A stretch of 55,327 nucleotides of DNA from Chiloscyllium plagiosum (GCF_004010195.1 NC_057718.1:9364826-9420152), one strand, 5' to 3'; counted from the stretch's first letter, positions 1 to 12,599 are shown. The notes: generated by a model from the sequence alone, not told the origin. Program-made: numbers and translations.

Positions 1-1669
1 GGACTACTGGTCGGTCCGTGGCGGGTGGACTCTCTGCCGGAGGAGTTACGGGGTTTCAGCTGGAGTACCACCCATCTCCTCTACCTGGGGGTCTACCTCG
101 GCCCGGCTGAGGAATCCTGGCCGGCCAACTGGCAGGAGCTGGAGGCCAAAGTCTCGGCTTGCCTAGGCCGCTGGACAGGGCTGCTCCGGGTGCTATCTTA
201 CAGGAGTCGAGTGCTGGTCATAAACCAGCTGGTGGCCGCCATGCTGTGGTACCGGCTGGTCACTTTGGTCCCTCCTCTTGGCTTTGTCGCTGGCATCCAG
301 AGAACGTTGGTCGATTTCTTCTGGGACAAAAAGATGCGCTGGGTCGCCGCGCAGGCTCTGAGTCTCCCTATTGAGGAGGGCGGTCAGTCGCTGGTGTGCG
401 CCCGCACCCAGGTCGCGGCGTTCCGCCTTCAGACCTTGCGGCGATACCTTTACGTCGAGCCTCCTCCTAGGTGGTGCGCCCTGGCGACGTATTTTTTCCG
501 CCAGGTGCGTAACCTCAACTACGACACGCAGCTCCTGTTCGTCGACCGTGACGGTTTGCAGGTCGCCCTCAAGACGCTGCCTGTCTTTTACCAGGACCTG
601 ATCACTGTCTGGGACATGGTCGAATCGCGTCGCGCCTACCCTCCGGCTGGAGTAGCGGCTGTCGTCAGGGAGCCGTTGCTCAGGAATCCGCACCTCCGTA
701 CTCGTGGGTTCGAGTGGCTGTCGGAGGGGAGGGCCGCGGCGGCGAGGGTGGCCAGGGTCGGGGACGTGCTGGGTGCCGGGGGCCTGGGCTGGACGCTGCC
801 GCAGGACATAGCAGGCAGGGCAGCGGTAGACGTCCAGTACGTGGCCACCGCCATCCGACGCCTTAAAACGGCGGTGCTCGGACCCGACGTAGTGCACCAG
901 TTGGAGGACGCTCAGGTGTGCGGTGGGATCCCATCCGCGCTCACCCCAGCCCGGACGGAATTTCACATTGGCCCCAAGGTCCCGTACTTCCCGCGGGAGC
1001 CTGTGCCCCACATCCTGAGCCGCCTCCAAAATTTTAATTTTGTCTCGTTTAGGGATGTGAAAAGAAGGGCCCTGTATAGACTACTGCTGCACACCGTCCA
1101 CCTCTTCGCCCTCATCCACCGTCCGGACACGCTTTGGCGTGCCCATTTGCCACCGGGCGGTGGGGATCCCCAGTGGAGGGCTCTCTACGCGGGAGTCCTC
1201 CCCCTTTCTCTCGGGGATCTGGGGTGGAGGGTGCTGCATGCAGCGGTCCCCTGGAACCGCAGATTGCGGTGGTTCACGGACTCCCAGCCCAACTGCTTGT
1301 TCTGTGGCGCTGTGGAGTCCGTGGACCATGTATATATTGGGTGTGTGCTTTTACACTCCCTTTTTTTGATTTTCTTTAAAAACCTCCTCCTCTGCTTTTG
1401 GCTGCACTTCAGTCCCACGCTCCTGATCTTTGGGCACCCGATACGGAGGAAGGAGGGCAGGTCTGAAGACCTCCTCGTGGGCCTGCTAACTGGCCATCAA
1501 CAGGTCGAGGCAGCGGGCCGTGGAGGGGGTCGTTAGGGCCGACTGCCTGTCCCTCTTCCGCGGTTACGTTAGGGCCCGGGTGTCCTTGGAGAAGGAGCAC
1601 GCGGTGTCTACCAACACCCTGGAGTTGATCAGGGAGAGGTGGGCGCCGCGGGAGTGGAGTGCATTTTGA
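1..1669 (+). pseudogene. Tx1 ORF2 C-terminus (post-RT region and zf-RVT), frameshifted near 1487
   Basis: The 503-aa ORF 25-1536 runs in from the window edge. A Tx1-like tail continues in another frame (LAINRSRQRAVEGVVRADCLSLFRGYVRARVSLEKEHAVSTNTLELIRERWAP) to TGA at 1667-1669. Confidence 0.8.
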
Positions 1670-1764
1670 TTTAGTCCCTACCATCCCCTTCACTGTTTTG
1701 ATCACACACTGCCCTTTGATGTGAAGGGCACTGCTTGTCATTGGCCACTCGGGTGTTTTCCTAT

Positions 1765-1874
1765 AGAACATAGAACATAGAAGAATACAGCGCAGTACAG
1801 GCCCTTGGGCCCTCGATGTTGCGCCGATCCAAGCCCACCTAAACTACACTAACCCACTATCCTCCATATACCTA
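1765..1874 (-). mobile_element. CR1-type LINE 3' terminal fragment
   Basis: (CATAGAA)n is the reverse complement of a (TTCTATG)n CR1 tail and lies next to a CR1-like 3' end (tacaggcccttgggccctcg). Confidence 0.65.
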
Positions 1875-2147
1875 GATTTAGCCCCTACCCTCCCCTTCAC
1901 TGTTTTGATCACAGCACTGCCCTTTGATGTGAAGGGCACTGCTTGTCAGTGGCCACTCGGGTGTTTTCCTATCTTCCTGGTGGTGGAAATTGAATAAAGA
2001 TTCATACACCTTGTGTCTCTCATTGTGTGTCTCACACCTGCGCACACACACACACACACAACATGGATGCTGGGGAAAACATAAGCACTACCGCAGTTAG
2101 GTGGGAGTGGTGTGGGGGGGTGGGAAAGAAAAAATATATATATAACC

Positions 2148-2731
2148 GGGGGATTAAAATCTCCTCAGTTCAGGGACTGACTTTGAACTGGCTGGTCACA
2201 GCTGGTGTACTGTGATAGTGAAATAAAAGGTGACTTTGTGATGAAACACTAGCCTCTGTGCATTTCTTTCAAAGGGAAAATGCAGAAAAGTGGACATGAG
2301 AAATATCAGATAAGCCGTGATTCTATTGAATAGTGGATGCGGCTTGAGGATCGGAATGGCCTACCTCTGTTCCTATCAGGTAAACATCTTTTCATTTATC
2401 TGCGAGATCCAACTTACCAGCTCACCCCCACTTATGCAGTGTACCCAAGCCCAACTCTCCCCTTGCCCTTCCCTGCTGTCTCTCCAATCTCTTTCCCTCT
2501 CCTTTTTACTCACTAACCACATTGTCCCCTCCGGATCTCCCTTTTCTGATGGTTGCAATCTCTTTTAAAGAAGAAGAAAAAACATTTTAAAAAAAAGAAA
2601 AAAACTGGGGATTCAGAGTCTCCTCAGTTCAGGACTGACTCTGTAATGGCTGCTCACAACCAGTGTACTATGTACAAGCGAATAAAGGGTGGCTCAGTGA
2701 CAGGATACTGGCCTCTGTGCTGTTATTTTGA
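2148..2731 (+). repeat. Two diverged copies of a ~125-bp element (2148-2271 and 2607-2731), LTR-3'-end-like
   Basis: Both copies share ggggatt..tctcctcagttcagg(g)actgact...gtgtact...aataaa.ggtg.ct..gtga....actrgcctctgtgc. Confidence 0.7.
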
Positions 2732-2739
2732 TGTGCATA

Positions 2740-3185
2740 CATAAAAACTTCTTAAATGCCCCTATCGTATCTGCCTCCACCACCAGCCCTAGCAGCACAT
2801 TCCACACTCTTACCACTCTCTGTGTAAAAAAAAAAAAAAAAAATTGGCCTTCATCTCTCCTTTCAACTTTCTTCCTCTCACCTTAAATTCATGTCCCTAG
2901 TATTAGACATTCCAAGTCAGGGAAAAAGATTCAGACCATCAATCCTATCCAGGCATTTCATAATTTTATGGACGTCTATCAACCTCCACCGCTCTGAGTT
3001 TTTCTAGGCTTTCTTTATAGCTCATACCCTCTAATCCAGACAACATCCAAATAAACCTCTTCTGCACCCTTCCAAAGCCTCCACATCTTTCCTGTAATGT
3101 GCCGACCAGAATTGAATGTGATGCTTTAAGTGAGACCTAACCAAAATCTTATAAAGCTGCAACATGAAATCCTGACTCTTGTAGT
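2740..3185 (-). mobile_element. CR1 LINE 3' fragment
   Basis: Similar to the other CR1 ORF2 C-terminal copies in the window (e.g. 54503-55000), in reverse orientation. Confidence 0.75.
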
Positions 3186-3412
3186 CAATTGATAGTGCAA
3201 TTTAACCCATTTTCACCCCAACTAGTCCTTACCTAGTTATCCTTTTATCTACTCAAGCAATGAAGCAAAGGTCTTGTGTAAAAAGAGATGTGCTATGAAA
3301 GCTTTCCATCTTGTATTTCTCAGGACAGAATTGCAAGAATACCAAATCTCAAAGGGAACAACAATTTATACTGCTCAACAGATTGTTGTCAAATGAACTC
3401 TGACTCCACCAA

Positions 3413-3621
3413 CATAACAAAATAAAGAACTGCAGATCTGAAACAGAAACTGCTGGTGAAACTCAGCAGGTCTAGTGATTTCTGTGGGGAGAAAGCAGAG
3501 TTAATGTTTCAGGCCCGATGACAAATGAAGCGCCAATAGACCTGCTGAAACATTAACTCTGCTTTCTCCACAAAGACACTACCAGACCTGCTGAATTTTG
3601 TCTGCAATTTCTGTTTTTATG
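3413..3621. mobile_element. Fold-back Penelope-terminus insertion (family B)
   Basis: Inverted arms (cagcaggtct...gcagagttaatgtttca / tgaaacattaactctgc...agacctgctg). 14-bp TSD tctgactc(c/t)accaa at 3399-3412 and 3622-3635. Confidence 0.75.
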
Positions 3622-3959
3622 TCTGACTCTACCAATCTGAGATTAAAATAATTTGAGATTTGTTATTCTTGTGATTTTTATCCTGACCAGAGTAGAATAA
3701 AACCATTCAGCACAATGTCTCGTCTTTGAGCACCCAAGTTCTGTACTATGAAATGAATAGCTACTTATTTTGTTGGATACATACAGTACACAATGCTATC
3801 TGCCTAAAATGTCTAACCAATAGGAAAACAATTAAAATATTTCAAACTAGGACAGTTTCACAATTTGCCTTTAATAGTGAAGTTGTGAAAACAACTCTAA
3901 AATTTTGATACAGAGACACGTATTCTGCAACAGCTATAGTGAAATCCTAAAACTGTTTA

Positions 3960-4653
3960 TACCGTAAGACCTGGGAGCAGAAATTGGCCATTCAGCCCAT
4001 CGATTGCTCTGCCATTTAATAAAATCATGGTCAATCTCCACTTTCAAAGTTTTATCTCCATAACCCTTGATTCCCTTACTGATTAAAAATGTTTATCTCA
4101 GGCTGGGTAATAACCTAGCCTCGACAGCCTTCTGCCAAGGGGAAAGAATTCCACAGTTGCACAACCCTCAGAGAGAAAATAAAACCTCCTCATTTCTGTT
4201 TTAAATGCACGGTCCCTTACTCTCAGATGATGCCCTCTGGTCCTAGACTCTCCCACATGCAGAAACAACCATTCCACATCTACCCTGTCTAGGGCCCTTA
4301 GAACCTTATATGTTTCAGTGAGATCCTCTCTCATTCATCTAGATTCCAATAGCTGCCACTCCAACCTACTCAATCTCTCCTCCAAAGAAAATCCCTCCAT
4401 TCCTGGTATCAGCCTGGACTACCTCCAATGCCAGTATATCTTTCTGTAGATTAGAGTCCAGAGCAATTCAGTGTTCCAGCTGCACACTAACTAGTGCTGT
4501 GTATAGGTTCAGCAAGACCTCCCTATTTTTATCCCTTTGAAATGCCTTTGAAATGGAGTTGAAATGCCCATCAGCCATGATTGAATGGCGGAGTGGACTC
4601 AATGGGCCGAATGGCCTTACTTCCGCTCCTATGTCTTATGGTCTTATGGTCTT
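3960..4653 (-). mobile_element. CR1 LINE 3' fragment (-) with a short CR1 3' tail inserted on + (about 4555-4653)
   Basis: Minus ORF MREDLTETYKVLRALDRVDVEWLFLHVGESRTRGHHLRV is a CR1 ORF2 C-terminus. The + insert ends in (tcttatgg)n. Confidence 0.8.
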
Positions 4654-5123
4654 AAATAAAGACCAACAGGTGAAGATTGGGCAACTCATTTTTTCCTCAA
4701 CATTCTGAAACCTCTTTTACAATTATGGTGAACAGGGAAAATTAATACCACTTCCTTCCTGCATGCGGAAAAGACCTTGTCTGAATATTTTTCCTAAACT
4801 CAGTTACATGATGGCTTGTGTCCTCATTACATTGACACACAATCTACATTCCTAGAGGGGCCGGGGGTTGAGTTTCAGTTCCAAACAGAAAATGACATTT
4901 ACAATTGTTACAAAACTCATTGCGTTGGTTTCCCGTCTTCACTAAATTTCACCAGCCAGACTTGTAGCCTCAAATGATTCTTTTGGAGAATCCGGAATTA
5001 TTTGACCAGAAGCTTAAGAAGTATTTTCACAATGCTGTGAAATATTCTTCGACTAAACGGATCTGGGTTTTATTGAGGCATTTGTGTCCAACAAATTTCA
5101 GACCAGGCCTATAATGTTAAGAG

Positions 5124-5175
5124 GATGCTGCCTGACCTGCTGTGCTTTTCCAGCACCACTCTAATCTAGACCCTG
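5124..5175 (+). mobile_element. 52-bp Penelope-terminus fragment (family A)
   Basis: gatgctgcctgacctgctgtgcttttccagcaccactct flanked by a perfect 13-bp TSD ataatgttaagag (5111-5123, 5176-5188). Confidence 0.8.
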
Positions 5176-5555
5176 ATAATGTTAAGAGTCACACCATATT
5201 CTGCAAATTAGAACCCTTTGTGAAGTTATCATCTGACAGTGTGAGAGATGCCTCATACACCTCAGACTTCAACTATGTTTACCCTATTGAGGAATATTGC
5301 CCTCTTCTCCAGTGTAGTATCCCCTGAGGAAGGAAACATTCTCCCAGGATTTACCTCCCAGCAAAATCCGCAGCCGAGGCTTTGGGTCTTTCAGCAGCCT
5401 TCCTTCAATTGTGTGAGGACACTAGTTGGTGACACTAGTTGGTGACAACTCTGTGCTGAATATTGCACCGATGGGGCTCAGGGACTCACAGCAGTCTCTG
5501 TCACATTTGCTGCAGAGTGGACTGAGATGGTGCAGGATTCACAGGCCTCCTTTTT

Positions 5556-6080
5556 AGAAACATAGACAATAAGTGCGGGAGGAGGCCATTCGGCCCTTCA
5601 CCTCTGCACCACCATTCAGTATGGTCATGGCTGATCATGCAAACTCAGTATCTCCATTCCCGCTTTCTCTCCATAACCCCTTGATCCCGTTAGCCATGAG
5701 GGCCATGTCCAGTTCCCTCTTGAATATATCTAATGAACTGGCCCCAACAGCTTCCTGTGGGAGAGAATTCCACAGGTTCACAACTCTCTGAATGAAGAAA
5801 TTCTTCCTCATCTCAGTCCTGAATGGCTTAACCTTATACCTAGAGTGTGACCCATAGTTCTAGACCTGCCCACCATCGGGAACATTCTTCCCACATCTAA
5901 CCTGTCCGGTTCCATCAGGATTTTAAATGTTTTCGTGAGATTCTCCTTCATTCATCTAAATTCCAGCGAGTACAAGCCCAGTCGATCCAGCCTTTCCTCA
6001 CATGTCAGTCCTGCCATCCCGGGAATCAGTCGGGTGAACCTTCACTGGACTCTCTCAATAGCAAGCATGTCCTTCCTCAA
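5556..6080 (-). mobile_element. CR1 LINE 3' fragment
   Basis: CR1 3' end (gaggccattcggccc) and ORF2 C-terminal homology on the minus strand; same subfamily as 21105-21975. Confidence 0.8.
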
Positions 6081-6549
6081 AATGTCCTTGCTCTGCACTC
6101 TCTTCTTAGCCAACTGAGCTTTTCATTTCTGATCTCCTCTTCCAACTCCTTTCCAATGAGACAGTCGCCAGTGGTTATGGCCGTCAGCGACTCTCTCCCG
6201 GTTGTCATTGTCAATGTTCAACCATCGTCATACCCCAGGTGCAGTTATCCTCGCATCAGAGAAGGTCAAGACTTAGATCATTTTAAAAACTGTGCCTTGT
6301 TCTATTTTTTACAGACTTAGAGGCCAGGTCATCACAGAGCGGGTCTTTTGGTAAATGGCCACCATTCTTCTGATGAACCTGGCTGAGAAAGTGCAGACAT
6401 CATTGTCGTTGCGCTCTGTGTGTTGATGGAATTACTTATAGATGTCGATTAGGAGCTCCTCTGCTGAAACTCATCTGCCTTTGCATTCATTACGAACCAA
6501 TTTAAAATGGGGTCTGGAGCAATCGCTGTTCTCACTCCATCAGTTTATA

Positions 6550-6912
6550 TGGGCACAATGGTGGCTAGCACTGCTCCCTCACAGCCCCAGGGACCCAGGT
6601 TCAATTCCAGACTTGGGTGACTGTCTGGGTGGAGTTTGCACATTCTCCCGGTGTCTGCGTGAGCTTCCTCTGGATGCTCCGGTTTCCTCCCACAGTCTAA
6701 AGATGTGCAGGTTAGGTGAATTGGCCATGCTAAATTGCCCGTAGCGTTCAGGGATGTCATAGAGTCATAGAGATCTACAGCACAGAAACAGACCCTTCAG
6801 TCCAACCCGTCCATGCCGACCAGATATCCCAATCTGGTCTGGGTTACTCTTCGGACAGTTGGCGTAGACTTGTTGGGCCAAATGGCCTGTTCCCAAACTG
6901 TAAGGAATCTAT
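6550..6912 (+). mobile_element. HE1-like tRNA-derived V-SINE, interrupted by a CR1 3' fragment (about 6757-6840, -)
   Basis: tRNA-like head (tggtggctagcactgct...ggttcaattcc), V-domain (ggtttcctcccacagtc.aaagatgtgcagg) and CR1-like tail. Confidence 0.8.
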
Positions 6913-6984
6913 GAATAAAAAAAAACAAGGAACAGTTTTTAAAATTATTATTCATTTTTAAGGTGGAGGAGGTGATGTTGTCTT

Positions 6985-7502
6985 GGGAATATCTCAGGTC
7001 TAGTAATCTAATAGAGGCCAGGCTATTGTTTTGGGCACATGAGTTCAAATCCCACCATAGTGGAGGGTAGCACCGGCTCTAAAGCTAGTCTAGTGGTAGC
7101 TATTGTCATAAAACAAAGGCATCTGGCTCACTAAGGCCACGAAAGAAGGAAATCTGCTTTCCCCAATGAAAATCGAAAGAACTGCAGGTGCTGTAAATCA
7201 GAGACACAACCAGAAATTGCTGGGAAACCGCAGCATCTCAACTGAGTTCTGAGGAAGGGCACTCCACCCGAAACATTAACTCTGATTTCTCTCCACAGAT
7301 GCTGCTAGACCTGCTCAGTGTTTCCTGCAATTTCTATTTTTAAGTCTGCTGTCCTTACCTGTTTGACCTCCATGTGACTCCAGACCCAAGGTGAACTCTT
7401 ACCTTCCCTCTGTAACAGACCCGAGATGGCCACTCAGTTTAAGGGGCAATTAGGAAGTGTCAATAAATGCTGGCAAAGAAACTCCTGCATCCCATGACAA
7501 AT
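6985..7502 (+). mobile_element. Second SINE family (tRNA-like head, tail shared with a CR1/L2-group LINE), interrupted by a PLE insertion at about 7168-7341
   Basis: B-box gagttcaaatccc and 3' end caataaatgctggc...atcccatga; related copies at 11090-11825, 24605-24930 and 48308-48840. Confidence 0.65.
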
Positions 7503-7869
7503 TATTTCATATTAACTATTTATTTTTATACTTATTGTCTGAAGGTAATGCTTAACATTTTTAACTTTGTTTCTTTTACTACTTTGTCCCTTTGTATCTA
7601 ATGCCTGGTGACATTATGCACTCTTCACTGTAATTGAGTACAATAAAACATAAAACAAATTTGAAATGCAGGCACTGATGGCAATTGACTGCCCCTCGCC
7701 CTAATCGCCCCTGGAAAACTGGAAGCTCAAACCACCAACAGCATAAAACTGAATGGTTGACTGAGGCATTGCTGTGGAAGTGAAGTGACACAGAGACTGG
7801 ATATGCATCAGTGGATGTCCCTTCTCCAAAGGACGATTGTAGTGGAACACTCCGATGCCAAGCGCAATC

Positions 7870-8200
7870 AGACAACATCTGGGTCTGTTCTCCTCGGAGC
7901 GAAGGAGATTGAGGAGAGATTTGACTTGGGTGGACAAGGTTAAGACAGGGAAGGGAAAGAGAAGCTGTTCCCAGTCGCTGATACCACAAGGACACAGGCT
8001 CGGTGGTGCAGACAGACTCGGGGAGGAGACTCGGGGAGGAGGGTTATATGAGGAGGAAGAATTTTTACAGAGAGAGCAGCAATGACCCGGAATTTGGTCA
8101 GGGTACTGCAAGTGGAGATGGTGAACGATTTCAGAGCAAAATTGGATGTGCACTTGGGGAAAATGAAGGGGATGGCATGAGGGAACTGACTGGTCTACCC
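7870..8200 (+). mobile_element. Degenerate CR1 3' fragment
   Basis: Translation LGLFSSERRRLRRDL is a CR1 ORF2 C-terminal motif. Confidence 0.6.
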
Positions 8201-8383
8201 TCATGGGTGACATTGGAATGCCTCCAGATCAGTGGCACCTTTCTGAATTCCGATTTATGACATTTTAAACCGGATTAAAATTCTCAAAACTACTGTCGAG
8301 GGATTTGGAGCCAATGACCTCCAGTTTATCAGTGACCTGGGCGACTAGTGTCAGTGAACCTTCAAACCCTCCTGATATCCAGT

Positions 8384-8500
8384 CCTGATGAAGGATTTTA
8401 GCCCAAACTTTCCTGCTCCTCAGATGCTGTCTGACCTGCTGTGCTTTTCCAACACATCTGTTGACTCTGACTTCCAGTGTCTGCAGTCCTTCCTGTCTCC
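8384..8500 (+). mobile_element. Penelope-terminus fragment (family A)
   Basis: cctgatgaagg...cctgctcctcagatgctgtctgacctgctgtgcttttcc...ctgcagtcct. Confidence 0.7.
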
Positions 8501-9480
8501 AGGTATCTTATATTGCTGCACAGCCAATGAGATCAAAACAGTTCTCAGGGCGAAAGGGATCACAGCAGAGACAGAGGGCAGGAACATGGGACTGAGTTGG
8601 ACGATCAGCCATGAACATATAGAATGGTGGAGCAGGCTTGAAGGGCTGAATGGCCTTCTTCTGCTCATATTTTTGACGTTTCTATGAATTCTTTCACAAG
8701 TTTAGCTTTGCTCTGAACCTATATCCAAGTTTAACCAATATAGATGGGTTAGCAGACTCACAGAATCAAACATCTTCCTTTGAAATTATCCTGTAGTGGA
8801 AACATTGTTTCTCCCTCCACAGACGCTGCCAGACCTGCTGAATTTCTCCAGCACTCTGATTTTTTTAAATTTAAAATTGAGCCTTTTCCCTCATGATTAA
8901 TCCCATTCAAGGTGTGGTTACCTACAGTGCTCGGGCATTGATTTCCCAGTACAGCATGTTGTAATACAACTCAGCATTGCTACACTCTGGTTAATTCCTC
9001 ATGCCAACCCTCTGTGCATCAAGGAGTCATTAACCAGCACTAGATAATCTGTCACGAAACGAGAGTTTGCTCTGTGACATGCTTGAAAGTCTGGTCAAGT
9101 AAACTGTTATTTCATTCAATCATGGTCTGGTGGTAACGTTTCATTTCAGCTCCACGTTATTTCCCCCTCCCCCAGCTCATCCCCAGAGCCAATTCCGCTG
9201 TTGTGTTTTTGTTTTCTGCTCTGCAGAGTGGAGTTGTATTTACCAAAAGGCAAACCCTGCAATGCATCCTTCGGAACAGATAGCACACAGTCAGCCCCTC
9301 TTCAGGAACACACACACATTGCACGTCGCAAGCATACCAGCCTCAGTACTGCAAGGTGATCGGCAGCTGTGACAGGCTGCCCCTACAATGTGGACTGGAT
9401 TCCATCCAGCGGAATGGATTCGCTCCCAGGAGCACTGCCTAATTGTCAGAGCAACTTGCTGCTGGACAACAACAACAGCC

Positions 9481-9680
9481 AATGCTGAAGATCACAGCGG
9501 GTTGGGCAGCATCCATGGAGAGAGAGCAAGTTAACGTTTCGAGTCTGGATGACCCTTCAGCAGAGCAACGTCTCCATCAGCTCTGGTACAGAGTCACCTA
9601 GACTTGAAACGTTAGATTGGTCTCTTTCCGTGGATACTGCCTGACCCACTGTGATCTCCAGCATTGGGTGTTTTCAGCGC
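9481..9680. mobile_element. Fold-back Penelope-terminus insertion (family B variant)
   Basis: Arms at about 9481-9563 and 9580-9666 are reverse complements; related copies at 15235-15395 and 35458-35640. Confidence 0.75.
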
Positions 9681-9837
9681 CTACTCCTTCTCAGTTATTG
9701 GGAAGGGACAGAAGGAGGTACAGACGGATGCAGGTTCGACTCCTGTATGGGCCCTGCTCATTCATGGAGGCTAAGTCCCATGCTTTATAGAGTGATGTCC
9801 CTTTAAATTGATCCATGCTAGTTGAAGATGAGAGAGT

Positions 9838-10350
9838 TCTTACAGCATGGCGAAAATCCCTTCGGCCCATCCTGTCCAAACCAGTCAACAAACATCCATC
9901 TATTCTAATCCGATTTCCCAGCGCTTGGCCCTTAACCTTGAATATTGTGGCTTTTCAAGTACTCATCTAAAAACTTCTTAAATGTTGTGAAGTTCTCAAC
10001 TCTGCCACCTTTTCAGGCAATGAGTTCCAGATACACACAAGCCTCTTGGTGAAAATAATTCCTCAAATCGCCTCCAAACCTCTTGTTTTTCTCATTAAAC
10101 CCAGGCCTCTGATCAGTAACCCCTGTACTAAGGGGAAAGGTTTCTCCCTATCTACTCTAACTGTCCACTTCAGAGCTTTGTACACCTCAATCAGATCCCT
10201 CCGCCAGTCCCCACCACTTCCTCTGCTCTAAGGGAATCAAAAACAGTCTATTCATTCTGTCTTCATAGCTGAATTGCTCCAGCCCCAGCAACGTCCTGTG
10301 GAATCTCCTCTGCACCTTCTCCAGTACAATCATATCCTTCCTATAATGTG
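9838..10350 (-). mobile_element. CR1 LINE 3' fragment
   Basis: Minus translation HYRKDMIVLEKVQRRFHRTLLGLEQFSYEDRMNRL. Confidence 0.8.
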
Positions 10351-10354
10351 TCCT

Positions 10355-10900
10355 TGAGGAGGTAGTGATGAGCTGCTTTCTGAAATTGCCACAGCTCATG
10401 TTCACTAGGGTGACCCACAATGCCATTAGGGAGGGAATTCCAGAATTCTAACCCAGCAACAGAGAAGAATTGGCGTTATATTTCCAAGTCAGGATGGTAA
10501 GTGACTTGGGGGGGAACTTGCAGGTGGTGGTGTTCCCATGTATCTGCTGCCCTTGTCATTCTAGATGAATGTGATCTCAACTTGGGTATGAATGTCAAAA
10601 GAGCCTTGGTGAGTTACTGCAGTGTGTCCTGTAGATAGTACACATTGCAGTGGTAGAAGGAATGAATCTTGAAAGTGGTAGATTTGGTGCCAATGAAATG
10701 GGTTGCTTTGTCTTGGATGGTGTTAAATTCCCTTGAGTGTTGTTGGAACTGCACTCATCCAAGTAAACAGGGAGCATTCCATCACACTCCTGATTTGTGC
10801 CTTATAGATGATGGACAGACTTTGGAGAAACAGAAGATGCAGAATTTCCAACCCCTGACTTGCTTTTGCAGACACAGTAATTATATGCTTGTCCTAATTT
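10355..10900 (-). mobile_element. CR1/L2-group LINE 3' fragment (distinct family)
   Basis: Minus translation MCTIYRTHCSNSPRL; homologous copies at 14425-14780 (-), 16420-16875 (-) and 16940-17110 (+). Confidence 0.65.
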
Positions 10901-11194
10901 TCCATTAGAGAGAAATATCTAGGGTCCTTTGTGAACTATAACTGATGACCTTACCGCCAACAGACAGGATAGTCTGTGTCAGCAGGATACATTCCACCAT
11001 GTGACTCCAATGGCACTTAGGATCTCTGTAATTACCTCAAGTATACAGAATTTAGAAAGAACAGGGCTAGTGTGAAAAAGCAGAGTTTTTTAAATTCTTC
11101 CATGGCATGTGGTTGTCACCAGCAAGACCAGAATATCCCTTATAGCTCTTGAACACAATTGCTTGCCCTCCCAGTTCAGAGGGCAGTTAAATGT

Positions 11195-11615
11195 TAACAT
11201 CGCGAATACAGCCCAGTCCATCACGCAAACCAGCCTATTATCCATTGACTCCATCTACACTTCCCACTGTCTCGGGAAAGTAACCAACAAAATTAAAGAC
11301 CCCTCCCACCCCGGTTATACTCTCTTCTACCCTCTTTTGTTGGGTAGAAGATATAAACGTTTCTATACACTTACAAAAAGATTCAAGAACAGCGTCTTGC
11401 CCCCTGTTATTAGATTTCCGAATGGGCCTCTCAAATTTCCAATTTAATGTTGATCTCACCCTCTGTGTACTTTCTCTGCAGCTGTAACATTGTATTCCTC
11501 ACTCTGCTCCAATACCCAAAAGCATTTTCTCTGGGCAATGGTCTGCCCGTACTGAACGCAAAACAAAACTTTTCACTGTACCTAAGCACATATGAAAATA
11601 ATTAATTAAATCAAA
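11195..11615 (+). mobile_element. Rex1/Babar LINE 3' end, nested in a minus-strand SINE (11090-11825)
   Basis: IKDPSHPGYTLFYPLLLGRRYKRFYTLTKRFKNSVLPPVIRF is a typical Rex1 C-terminus; it is followed by a 3' UTR with an AT-rich tail. Confidence 0.75.
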
Positions 11616-11825
11616 CCACATTGCAGTCCACAGCAGGCAAGGATAGCAGATTCCCTTTCTTGCAGGACATTTGTGAACCGGATGGGTTTATATGACAATC
11701 AATGATAGCTTCGTGGTCACTATTATTGAGATTGGATTTCAATTCCCAAATAGTTCATTTTAGCCTCAGCCATGGTGAGATTTGAACCTACATCACCAGG
11801 ATGTTAGCCTGGGCAGATGGCTTGT

Positions 11826-11932
11826 TAGGAGAAAGTGAGGACTGCAGAAGCTGTAGATCAGAGTCAAGAGTGTAGAGCTGGAAAATCACAACAAGTCAGG
11901 CAGCATCCGAGGAGCAGGAAAATTGACGTTTT
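11826..11932 (-). mobile_element. Penelope-terminus fragment (family A)
   Basis: ggagaaagtgaggactgcaga...caggcagcatccgaggagcaggaaaattgacgttt. Confidence 0.75.
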
Positions 11933-12599
11933 GCGTTATTAGCCCAATGAGCTAACCACCACACTACAGTTAGCCAACACTATTAGAGCTAATTGTCTTT
12001 CTTTAATGGAGCCAAATGCCACTGTTCCTTTGTAGTAGACTGTGATCAACAGATTGTGGGCAGTGGGAAAAATAGCAACACCTCAGCATGGTTACTCCAA
12101 CAGCGCCTGTGACTTCTGCTGGTTTAGACACGCTTGGGAGAATTCAGAACAACTAGGTTTACAGAGAAAAGGCACAAAATGACACAGTTGCTTTTTGGAG
12201 AAGGTCAGATGAACTCTTCCATGATTCTCCAAGAGGAGGAGAATACCACAGAGCTCAAAAATAAATTCTGGATTGCATGATGCTGAGGAAACCAGAAACA
12301 TAAAACATAATTGATCTGAAGAGAAAATAAATTGCAAACCATCAGGGAATATCTAAGTAGATCGTTTCAATATCCGATTACAATATTCTTTTACATTCGA
12401 AGCAGTCCTGCTGGAGATCAACCAGTGTATCACAACATTTCACATTATCCACCAGAGAAAGCAACAAAAACGGACAAAGAGTTCCAGCCGCGCAGAGTTC
12501 AGTCCTGTTCACCACATAGATAGAGGCTATGACGCCTCAGGAAGAGATGCTGATTTCCAGACCCAATCCTTCATCCAGTGAATGATCAAAGGGACATAC

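Larger units (their letters stand above)
1..2145 (+). mobile_element. Tx1-clade (L1/Tx1) non-LTR retrotransposon, 3' portion
   Basis: GC- and CpG-rich ORF2 C-terminal part (YLGV motif, C-x2-C...H-x4-C zinc finger in CLFCGAVESVDHVYIGC), followed by a 3' UTR with AATAAA at 1993-1998, a (CA)n tract at about 2044-2061 and an A-rich end at about 2125-2145. Confidence 0.85.

Noticed and set aside
193..1029. 278-aa antisense ORF
   Set aside because: Shadow of the GC-rich Tx1 ORF2, with no recognisable domain
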